63,811 nt of DNA, taken from Octopus bimaculoides. Lineage: Eukaryota. Below are positions 53,898 through 63,811 of this stretch, one piece after another. Within the stretch, counting starts at the first letter, position 1. Each line of letters begins with the position of its first letter. The position numbers and the translations under genes are program-made. Location of the stretch: contig NC_068981.1 of assembly GCF_001194135.2 (NCBI RefSeq), positions 145,022,957 to 145,086,767 on the forward strand. The letters run 5' to 3'. The notes under the pieces were generated by a model that saw only the letters and a program-made list of their open reading frames with translations, was not told the origin of the DNA and did no database searches.

Positions 53898-54430
53898 ACA
53901 CACACACACACACATACACATATATATATATATACACACAAATTCCAGAGAGACTTCTGCTGGTCTGTGTCGTCAAGTCTTGAAATATCGACATAAAGGC
54001 TCAATCATAATGGATGCCGCGACCGGTCGCCTCTCCTTGATGATTTCCAATAGAATGAGACCACGTGATAACGTCCAGCCGCCTGTATACAGACGATTCT
54101 AGTCTGCTAGACTACTATGAACTATGCACCAAGCCACTATATGAGAAGATCTGTCAAGGCTAATAACATAGTATTTTGTGTTCGAACACGACATCCATGT
54201 TAAACTGGATATAAAGCTTACCTTTTGGTATTAATACTTCCGTCGCTAATAATTTATATATATATATATATTTGTTTTGCAAGATTTTTGATGTGAAATC
54301 GTGTGTTGAAACAGATGTTGTTGTACTTGGGGATGGTCATATTTCCAGTTTAGCCAATAAAAACACACGCACTGTATATTTGGTGTTAATTTGCTTCAGC
54401 TTTATATTACATTAATCTTAATCTTATTTC

Positions 54431-54475
54431 GGCCAGAGTTCTTTCGTCACACTTCTGTGACCTCATCAGTGGTCC
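54431..54475 (-). ncRNA. Minimal type-I hammerhead ribozyme motif with intact core
   Basis: Minus strand GGACCA-CTGATGA-G-GTCACA gaag TGTGAC-GAA-AG aa CT-C|TGGCC: core, 6-bp stem II, 2-bp stem III, CUC cleavage triplet, stem I with one bulge. Confidence 0.7.
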
Positions 54476-54683
54476 TTTGTTTCCTTCTTTCTTATGTGTG
54501 TCTCACCTTGCTAACTATCAGCCATTTTGTATACAAAATGAGACACACATANNNNNNNNNNNNNNNNNNNNNNNNNNNNNNNNNNNNNNNNNNNNNNNNN
54601 NNNNNNNNNNNNNNNNNNNNNNNNNNNNNNNNNNNNNNNNNNNNNNNNNNNNNNNNNNNNNNNNNNNNNNNNNNNNNNNNNNN

Positions 54684-54717
<34 letters not shown>

Positions 54718-55200
54718 TCGTACATCTGTATACGCGTTTTAGGGAATAAAACGGAGTGAAAAATATACAGAATAATAATAATTGGACTTAATATATAAGG
54801 AATATTTCTCAGATTAAACAGGGAACCATCAGAAATTAATTAAAGTGAAATTGCTACTAAGTTAATTAAAATTACCTTGTAAGATAGAGAGATGGTATCG
54901 AATTTCTTATTTGAAATGTCAGGTAATTTATATATAAACACATCCCGAAGGTGTATTAGACAGAAATGATGATTCGCTTGAATTTTGTAGAATTCACAGA
55001 GCGTCAATAATTTGTTTGTAAATGTATAAGAAATAAACAATTTTTAATGAGAATGTTTGTCAGTTTTCTTAAGATACTGATTTTTGTTTCTGCTGCTGTT
55101 ATTCTTGCCCCTGTTAAGAAGTATTACAGCCATGTGTGTGTGTGTGTGTGTGTGTGTGCGTAGGTATACATGCATTATATGCATATACTGTATGTGTGTG

Positions 55201-55233
<33 letters not shown>

Positions 55234-57515
55234 TAATGAGGACACTTTCTTAACGATGTGACATTAAACATGCAACTCAGCTTCATAATTATACCGAGAA
55301 TTGGCTAAAAGAGAGAGACATAATAGAAAATTTATTTATTTTTTTAACTCGGCTCACCACTGGGGAAACAAAGTATTTGCAAGAGTATCGATAAATGCTG
55401 GCATATCAAAATTATTCTGTTTCAGCAAACACTGCTTAGTAAATCAATATCTTATTACATGTAACACTGGAAGAACTGAGACATGCTGAATATCGTTGCT
55501 CATTAAATGTGGTGACTTACATTTTCAAATGTCTCACAGAGACATGTTGAAAGATGTACTTTTAACAAGACTCAAGTTCATTTTTTATACAATACGACAT
55601 ATGGAGAAAATCTCTGTTCCAGATAGAAGCAGTATTTGAACCGAAAAGGTAATGTTTACCGCCACTTTAACGTGGGTGCTCTCTAAGAGACGACGTCACT
55701 CTTGCATGAGATTTGTAAAAACACTAAAGTTCTGAAGTAATCACAATTAAATACATGCAATTCCTGTATCCAGGAAATGCATGAAGAGCCTTTTTGCTAT
55801 TCCCATCCATTTATCATTGTCAACACGGTTTTTCTTCGAGGTTTATGGCAAAAAACAAATTTCGTGCTATATTGTGAGAATAATATGCGGTTGCTTCTCT
55901 CTGAAACTGCAATTAGAACTGGATTAGTTTTTAGCAAGAACCAAACCTATGCAGCTCATTAAAAATATAAAATTACGTTATATTAAATTTTTTTCTTACG
56001 TATACACAGAGCCAGAAATGTTGGAGTAAAGAACAGTCGATTATATCAACTCCAATACTTTAAGGGCTCTTATTTTATCAACCCTGGAAGGATGTACGAT
56101 AAAGTTGGTAACAGATGGATTTGATATCTTTAATTTCAATGAAAAACAAACAGTATATGCTTATTGCCTGTTCTATGGTATTTAAACATTTTACATTATA
56201 TTCTTCACACGCGCTGACGGAGGTGATGAAAGGTAACGCTGGAATAAGCAGTTAGAGACCTCTTGATGTAAAGCTTTAGAAAATCCATATTAATGTCTGA
56301 GTATTGAAGAAATAGTTATACATAATTTTGTGATAAACAATTATGATTACTAAACTAAGATAAGCAATATTTTTTTTTTTTAATTCTGATTTTAAGCTTA
56401 AAATATAGTTTTGTTTAACTTTTCAGAGAAAGTGCATAAGAATATTTTTTTTTATTTCATCTCTAGTGGGTCTCGAAGTTATAAAGACTGAAAACTACCG
56501 CCCTATCGATTTCTTCCCTAAGTGGATTTCTATACTTTAAAATATCACACTCTTATCTATCTCACTCGTCTTTAGAACAACTAATATTTTCTTTCCTCAG
56601 AATACAATTAAAAAAATAAGTAAAAAGCAGATGCATTAAGGAGGTGGGATGTAAATAACAAGTGTACTGTTAACGGTATTATGGAAAATGTATTCTGTGT
56701 ACATAGATATAACTCTCGTAGTAATAGAATGTAGGTATGAAGTAATACACAGACATTGCAGCATATAAACATTTCAGATTCATGTAGGTTATAATGTTTG
56801 TGTAGATATAGATTGACAAAATGTCTACATTATTGATCACCATCACAGAAATTCAGTTTTAGATTTTTAGAGATTGGGAACTCGGACTAAGTGACGCTCT
56901 TGTTTCTTTTAAGTTCAGCACTAATTTAAAAAGAGACAAGAGTTAGCATGGAAAAATCGCAGCATGTCGTGATATCAGTTTGCTGAAAATATACGACTAC
57001 TCTTCGACACTAGTCACTATAATGATTTATTTCTCGTATATACGGGGAATTAAATGATGAAGTAATATTTAAAGTGAATTGACGTTTTAAGTAAATTAAT
57101 TTGCCAGAAGTAAGTTCATAGTTCTAAATTGTTAAATTTTGTGTTACATTAATTGCACACTTATCGTCTGGTTTTAAGATTATATATATTTCAGTCACGT
57201 ACTGTTTTGAATGTTTAGGTCAGAGGAAAAACGGTCATCAGGCATTACGGTTTTCATGACGTTTAGGAGTAGATAGTTATCGTCAGCTAGAATATCTGGC
57301 CCCAGATGCGTGAAGCAGAATGAACTTGGTGATGTTAAACCGAGTGATGGATTAAGTCTAACACCTAAAGGACACGATATAGATGTCAATTTTATCAACC
57401 AAAGTGAAAAATACAAATGAAATAAAATTAAATGGACTCAACTGGAAGTCGAAACTGCACTGCATATAGCGTTTTGCTTTTTGTTTCCTTTTCTAGCTGT
57501 ATCACTACTCTATAG

Positions 57516-57897
57516 TGGAGGTGCAATGGCCCAGTGGTTAGGGCGGCGGACTCGCGGTCATAGGATCGCGGTTTCGATTCCCAGTCCGGGCGTTGTGAGT
57601 GTTTATTGAACGAAAACACCTAAATGCTCCACGAGGCTCCGGCAGGGGATGGTGGCGAACCCTGCTGCACACTTTCACCACAACTTTCTCTCACTCATAC
57701 TTCCTGTTTCTGTTGTGCCTGTAATTCAGAGGATCAGCCTTGTCACACTCTGTCACGCTGAATATCTCCGAGAACTATGTTAAGGGTACACGTGTTTGTA
57801 GAGTGCTCAGCCACTTGCACGTTAAATTCACGAGCAGGCTGTTCTGTTGATCGGATCAACTGGAACCCTCGACGTCGTAAGCGACGGAGTGCCAATA
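57516..57897 (+). mobile_element. SINE family B, full length, young
   Basis: A box TGGCCCAGTGG, B box GTTTCGATTCC; perfect 12-bp TSD ACTACTCTATAG at 57504-57515 and 57898-57909. Confidence 0.95.
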
Positions 57898-58339
57898 ACT
57901 ACTCTATAGCGTATAAACATAGGAATGTAATAAAATTTTGTTAATAACAGCATATATAATGCGGTGAACTGGCAAAAGTGTTTTTGCATGTCGGATAAAA
58001 TACTTAGCGGCGTTTATTTCGGCTCTTTACAGAAGTTCAACCTTGCCTTTCATCCTGCATGAGGCTGTGTCTGTCAAGTTCTCATTTGAAATTGCTGGCC
58101 GTATACCAAAATTAAAACAGTTATTAACAGTGCAAATGCAAAGTAATTTTATTTATATACTGAAACTTGATTCCTATCTCTGCCCTCAGAAATTTTATTC
58201 CATAACCTCACACTTTTCAAAAGGTACGGTTTGCATCAGTTGCTGGCACAAAATAACTCCGTTGTTGAATGAACTAATGCTTACATGTTTTGGAGAAGTA
58301 TTTCTCGATTATAGCTTGAATAAAAGAGGCGTGACTACG

Positions 58340-58620
58340 TGATAAGAAGCTTTCTTCCCAGTCACATGGCTCTGCGTTCAATCCTACTACGTGGCACCTT
58401 GGGTAAGTGTCTTTACTATAACCTCGGACCGACTATAGCCTTGTGAGTGGATTTGGTAGACGGAAAATGAAGGAAGCTTGAGAACCGGTGTTAGTGCGTT
58501 TATGTCCTCGTAACTTAGCGATTCGGCAAAAGAGAACGGCAGAATATGTACTAGGGAAGAGTTATTTAACTAAAACATGTCAAAGTGGTGCCTCGGTCAA
58601 ATGACTGAATCGTGATAAAG
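58340..58620 (+). mobile_element. SINE family C, diverged
   Basis: ggcaccttgggtaagtgtcttt..ccttgtgagtggatttggtagacggaaaatgaaggaagc, then the tail module. Confidence 0.7.
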
Positions 58621-58826
58621 GATTAAGACAATGTTAATGTTATAAAGTTCTATAAAGTTGTTACTGGTGATGAAATATGAGTAGATTCTCTTTGACATTA
58701 CAGAGAAAGGAAAAAATCTAATTAATAATTTCGAGCTGTCTCTTGAAATGGTTTACGGGGAGTGATTCTGTATATAGCTAAGTCATTCTCTTTGCAATCA
58801 TGTTTCTGGGTTCGATCCGCAGCACG

Positions 58827-59522
58827 TTGGGTAAACTTCTTCTATCATAGATTGTGATTGGTTTGGCTCTTTCAAATGAAATCTAGAAAAAGAAACTATA
58901 GGGAAGCCCGACGAAGGTATTGTTTCTATGGTAATTTTAATCCACCTCAAGGCGGCGAGCTAGCAGAAACGTTAACACGCCGGGCGACATGCTTAGCAGT
59001 ATTTCGTCTGTCTTTACGTTCTGAGTTCAAATTCCGCCGAGGTCGACTTTGCCTTTCATCTTTTTGGGGTCGATAAATTAAGTACCAGTTGCGTACTGGG
59101 GTCGATCTAATTGACTGGCCCCCTCCCACAAAATTTCGGGCCGTGTGCCTAAAATAGAAAAGAATATTAATTCATCTCTCAGTTTAAAAGAAATACCTAA
59201 TTTTTTGGTGCATTTGGTTAGCAAGTTCTCTCTGTAGCAAGTATTTAGATTGGGTTCTTTATCTAAGAATAAGCTACTTCCGTGCTTCCTTCTTTCCTCA
59301 ACTGGTTTCAAGACGACATACAAAAAAAAATTGTCTAAGGAGCTGCTCTTCTTCCTATGCCTGTGTCATAGGCCCCTTTAAGGCCGAGTATAAACAGCAA
59401 TAGATGGATTAATATTACCATAGAAACAATACATTCGTCGGGCTTCCCTATAGTTTCTTCTACCAGATTTCACTTGAAAGAGCCACACCAATCACAATCT
59501 CTGATAGAAGAGTTTTACCCAA
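58827..59522. repeat. 118-bp inverted duplication (58827-58944 / 59405-59522) of a SINE-C-like segment, spacer contains a SINE A
   Basis: Direct alignment: ttgggtaaa..tcttctatca.agattgtgattggt.tggctctttcaa.tgaaatct..agaaactatagggaagcccgacgaa.gtattgtttctatggtaat.ttaatcca. Confidence 0.9.
58950..59165 (+). mobile_element. SINE family A, tail variant 2
   Basis: Same head and core; tail ggcccctcccacaaaatttcgggccgtgtgcc..agaaaagaat; decayed TSD ttaatccacctc/ttaattcatctc. Confidence 0.9.
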
Positions 59523-61949
59523 TAACAAAAATACAAGATGACAATCAATTGAATAGCTTATAACGCAAATGTGGCTTATATACCCCCACTCGTCTTCTTC
59601 AAAATTTAGCATCGTGTCAATAAGCCACACCCGTCCCCTGCGGAAGAAAGCATGTTGTGTCCATAAGCCACACCCGACCATAAAAGTTAATAGAAAAATA
59701 TTTGCGGTTTCAGGTTGCAAATTGAAATCATTGTCCTTAACTGAATGCGATCCATATTTCCAAAGTTCTGAAACCCTCTAGCGAAATTAATGTAACGATT
59801 ACAATGATGTTGCTCTTGCTTAAGTCTAATAAATCCTAGCTGATCAAACCGTTGTACTTTTAGAAGTGTACGACCCTGAACATATTAACTAATGTGTACT
59901 TTCTGCTTCTTAAAGCAATATGTGAGAGATTTGGCTGACATTTCTAACAAATTCAGCGACTACACTGAGGCGCCATTGTTGGCTGGTTTACAAGGATGAT
60001 TTATTTTATAATGTATCTATATTGAAAAAGTAAATAATATAACACAAAACAAAATATATTTCTAGCTTTTATATTTGTTTCGGATAAGATCAACAAATTT
60101 CGGTTAAATTCAAAGTAAAATAAACAATTGTATCTATCAGGTGATTTATTTTTATTTCCACATTCTTTCTTATTTTGCTATTTCATTCTGAATTCTCTGC
60201 AACGAGATTCGGATATATCTTCAACACTGTTATTTCCTCCCCCCCCCCACACACACACACACCTTCTAAACAACTTTGTATTCACCCTACTTTTCCATCT
60301 GCTTTACGTTGATAGTTTATACAAATTATATACTTACTTTAAACAATTAACAACGAAAGCATGAAATCAAACCTAAGTGACAGAAAAATTCTGATATACA
60401 AACAGAAATGTAGAAACCTGGTTGAGGAAATAGAAACCTTTATTAACTGAGATATTTTTAGGTCAATCTTTAGACGTTTGTATCCGAGCTGCCAGTAACT
60501 AAACATAGACAGAGACAACATGGTGGGAGTATTCTGTAAATGAACTCTTAGTTTTGTTGTTTGTCACCCAATACTAAAGACGCCAATCTCGTTTAACCAA
60601 CTGCTACTACAAAAGTAAAAGTAATGGGTTCGATTCCGTTTTATTAACTTCCATTTTCTTTTAATTTTATTCTCCGAGTTTCGGAAACTACATTAAAATA
60701 AAACATTTTAGTATCTACTCTGTTGTTCGTACTTGGCATGTCAGTTATAAATTATATAATTTTGCTCACAAGGTCATCTATTAAGGGATCAATATTACCC
60801 AGTCACGAACAACAGAAATATTTCTATCAACAAGAAGACATATAATTCCCAATACAAAGATACGCATCAACTGCTTCGATAGAAAATGTATTCCATTAAA
60901 TGATAAAGGGCAAAAGTGTTGAAAGAGACCACATTAAAACCAGTACTTCGTGAAATATTTGTTCATTAATTCCATATAGTAAACTTAGCATTGTAACATG
61001 TAGATCTCATTGGCAAACTAACAAATTCAACATTATGTTTAATTGCTTAAATTATATAGTATGATTATGCGTTAGCGTGCATTACCTAAATTCTAAAAGT
61101 ATCATGGGAATACAGTGTATAGTCTTCACACAATGGCTTGTGTGAAGACGTGAAGCGCCATCTTAAATATTACTTTAGAATATTATAAACGTTCCTACTC
61201 AGACAGAACAATAAAAGGTAAGAATGCGAGAGAAGTGACAGTTTATTTCATCAGTTATACTACAGTTACAATAATTCACTGAAGACAGATGTACAGTGCA
61301 GCCAGTAATCTAGTATGACAAAAAAACGTTTTGTAATTCGGGTTACTTTTTCTCCGATCAAGGAATCAGCTATCACCGAGTAAACACATTTAGTTCATTT
61401 ATTTATATAAACATAGACACCATCGTCGAGTATTAGGTAGAGCACGAACTATTCCTATTTAAAATACTTCGGTAGTAATTATAGACAAAGAATTGTGTGG
61501 TTGAGCACTACAATAATGGGATGCAGCGCTAACTCTTAGTGGTTTATGATGCTAAGAGAATTCATTCGGTTTGACGTATAGTCAAAAATAAGGAAGATTT
61601 TATTCCTAATATTCTTATTTGAGATTTCAACATGTCTGTAAGCAACTCTCTTTAGCTTGATAGACTAAAATATTCAATAGAATTAACTTCAGAATCTATG
61701 GATGATGTTTCAGTTATGTGCTGCCATTTGAAAAAGCTGCAAATATCTTGTACTAAAGAAAAGAATTATATATTTGGAGGACTAGATGAGTTCATTTTTT
61801 AAGGGAAATATACAGTTTCTTACTTTTAAACCTAACTTCTAAAATGTTCCAAACCTAGTACAGATTTTGACAATGTGTAAGGGACAGATGCATGGCTATT
61901 GACTTGACAACATAAACTTAGATGTTAGAATATAAGAATTAATAAATAC

Positions 61950-62128
61950 AGCTCTATATATAAAAGATGAGGAATTGTGTACATTATTTACATTTGACGG
62001 ATATTTGTCCTCATCTTTGTTGTTAACACAACGCTTTGGCTGATACACCCTCCAGCCTTCATCAGGTGTCTTAGGGAGATTTCCAACCTGGGTTCTCATT
62101 CCTAAGATATTTTTCGATGTTGTTGTTG

Positions 62129-62200
<72 letters not shown>

Positions 62201-62204
62201 TCAC
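61950..62204 (-). mobile_element. Headless copy of the hammerhead-bearing element (inverted arm)
   Basis: Reverse complement matches 62272-62438; hammerhead at 62025-62070 with intact stem II (GGCTG/CAGCC) but mutated core (AAAGC for GAAAC). Confidence 0.88.
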
Positions 62205-62440
62205 GGGCATATGGCGTAGTGGTTAAGAGCGCGGGCTACTAAACCCAAGGTTCCGAGTTCGATTCCAAGCAGTGACTTGAATAATAATAATAATAACATC
62301 GAAAATACCTTAGGAATGAGAACCCAGGTTTGAAATTTCCCCAAAACACCTGATGAAGGCGGGAGGGTATATTAGCCGAAACGTTGTGTTAACAACAAAC
62401 AAGATGAGGACAAATATCCGTCAAATGTAAATAATGTAAA
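62205..62440 (+). mobile_element. tRNA-headed SINE-like element with (AAT)n linker and type-I hammerhead in its tail
   Basis: GGGCATA TGGCGTAGTGG (A box) .. GAGTTCGATTCC (B box); hammerhead AACAC-CTGATGA-A-GGC..GCC-GAA-ACGT-T|GTGTT at 62345-62390. Confidence 0.85.
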
Positions 62441-63741
62441 TAAGAATTAGTTAATATAAAATTCTGTATTGATAAAATTTGCTCTGATATTTATTTTAAA
62501 ATTAAATTTCTCTGGGATCAGCTGTAAAGGAAAAATCTTCATTTTTTTCAATAAATTTACGACGTTGATTTATTGCATGAAAATATCCTTCGATTATTTA
62601 TATTTCTTAGTTTAAATTGTGTTTATATTCTTGAAAAAAAATCAGAAAATAAATTTTACTAGAAAGTATTTTGATTACTTTCACACGAAAGACATGCCAA
62701 AAGAAATGCATAAAATTTAAGCATGTCTTGCAACCAACTCATCATCGAGACAAGAAGTTTTAAGAAAAATACTATCATTTAGATTGATATAATTATGGGA
62801 GTTCGTCCTCGGTGGTAATGAGTTTATTATATGTAAATATTACAGTTAGACGTAGCTGGAATGAACCTTAGGTGCTGTGAAAGTATTAGAGCCTTTATTC
62901 ATAATCTCACTGTACACTTGAACAAACTTAAAGTGTTCCTGACAATGAAATTATTGATGAGAAATGTCTAAGACATGATTAAATATATGTGATGTGCAAC
63001 AGAGCGTATAGCTCCCGGTAATTGGTAAGAGTGGAGTTCATTTAGACCTGATATCTGTAAAAAGATGAAATATTCAATCAATATGATTCATGAAATTTTC
63101 AATAAAAGTAATTAGCCTCGTATGATAACATTTACTCAATTATTCATTTCATAAATAGTTGCTGGCATCAACAAAAGCGAACTCTTAGATCAATGTGCCA
63201 TTTCAGAGAAGCTACTGTGAAAAGTATACTTTGACCACAACTACAGCTGCCACATATATTTAATAAGGGTAGCTACCGACGTAAAGCTGGTACTGCATTG
63301 CAGACAAAATAATGTGCGTTATTTAGTCCGCCCAACTATACCTCTGTTCAAACTCTACTGGGATCAACTTTAGCGTTCTTACTTCTGTTGATCGATTTAA
63401 TCGATTATTCCCTTTCGCAACAAGTGTGTCCTGCATTTATGTTAGTAATCATTGTTATCGTAGAAATATTAACATCTTTCTGACTGATGTAGTTTCCATC
63501 TTGATGAACAGCAGTTTATCTTGGTTTGTAAAAGACCTTTAGAACATGCAGGAACTCATCAACAGCTCAGTATCCTTTTATAAATACATTCATTATTTGT
63601 TTCTGTAAGAAAATATACAATCCGTCGTGATCAGAACCAACAGTACACTTACTTTAGATTCCAAATAAAAGCTATTTCAATCAGGTTACATTCAAAACTA
63701 CTTTAGGGAAAGACAAAATCATCACATATTCCCAAATCGGC

Positions 63742-63744
<3 letters not shown>

Positions 63745-63811
<67 letters not shown>
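63745..63811. repeat. (AT)n-(AG)n microsatellite at window end
   Basis: Direct. Confidence 0.95.

Noticed and set aside
57195-57416. Protein-like minus ORF ..DILADDNYLLLNVMKTVMPDDRFSSDL..
   Set aside because: No homology recognised and weak splice sites.
59550-59700. Repeated TAAGCCACACCCG motifs resembling pogo/Tigger subterminal repeats
   Set aside because: No TIR ends identifiable; too fragmentary to call.
57516-62271. tRNA genes at SINE heads (57516, 62205 and others)
   Set aside because: A/B boxes are present but acceptor stems are incomplete and they continue into repeat bodies: SINE heads, not tRNAs.

Overview
AT-rich, microsatellite-laden animal genomic DNA with 11 assembly gaps, nearly all abutting microsatellites. 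The SINE families and TE landscape look like a coleoid cephalopod (Octopus-like); this is an inference from pattern recognition, not a database hit. No host protein-coding gene is recognisable, and most listed ORFs are microsatellite, gap or TE artefacts. The window is a transposon graveyard: CR1/L2-like, L1/Tx1-like, RTE and restriction-like-endonuclease (RLE) LINE fragments, a Penelope-like (PLE) GIY-YIG relic, Tc1/mariner and piggyBac-like relics, Helitron-type non-autonomous elements, several foldback/MITE elements and at least three tRNA-derived SINE families. The most interesting signal is a set of minimal type-I hammerhead ribozyme motifs sharing one architecture (extra nucleotide after CUGANGA, very short or palindromic stem III). 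One sits at the 3' end of the PLE relic. Two lie in a head-to-head inverted element at 61.95-62.44 kb, in which a Pol III tRNA-like head is fused to a hammerhead-bearing tail: a candidate Penelope-mobilised, self-cleaving SINE. There are also weak-to-moderate hints of host transcription: a probable first coding exon (MAAKFNN|GTAAGT, minus strand, 6.48 kb) and a cluster of plus-strand splice signals, including a recursive-type AG|GTAAGT site, at 12.0-12.7 kb.
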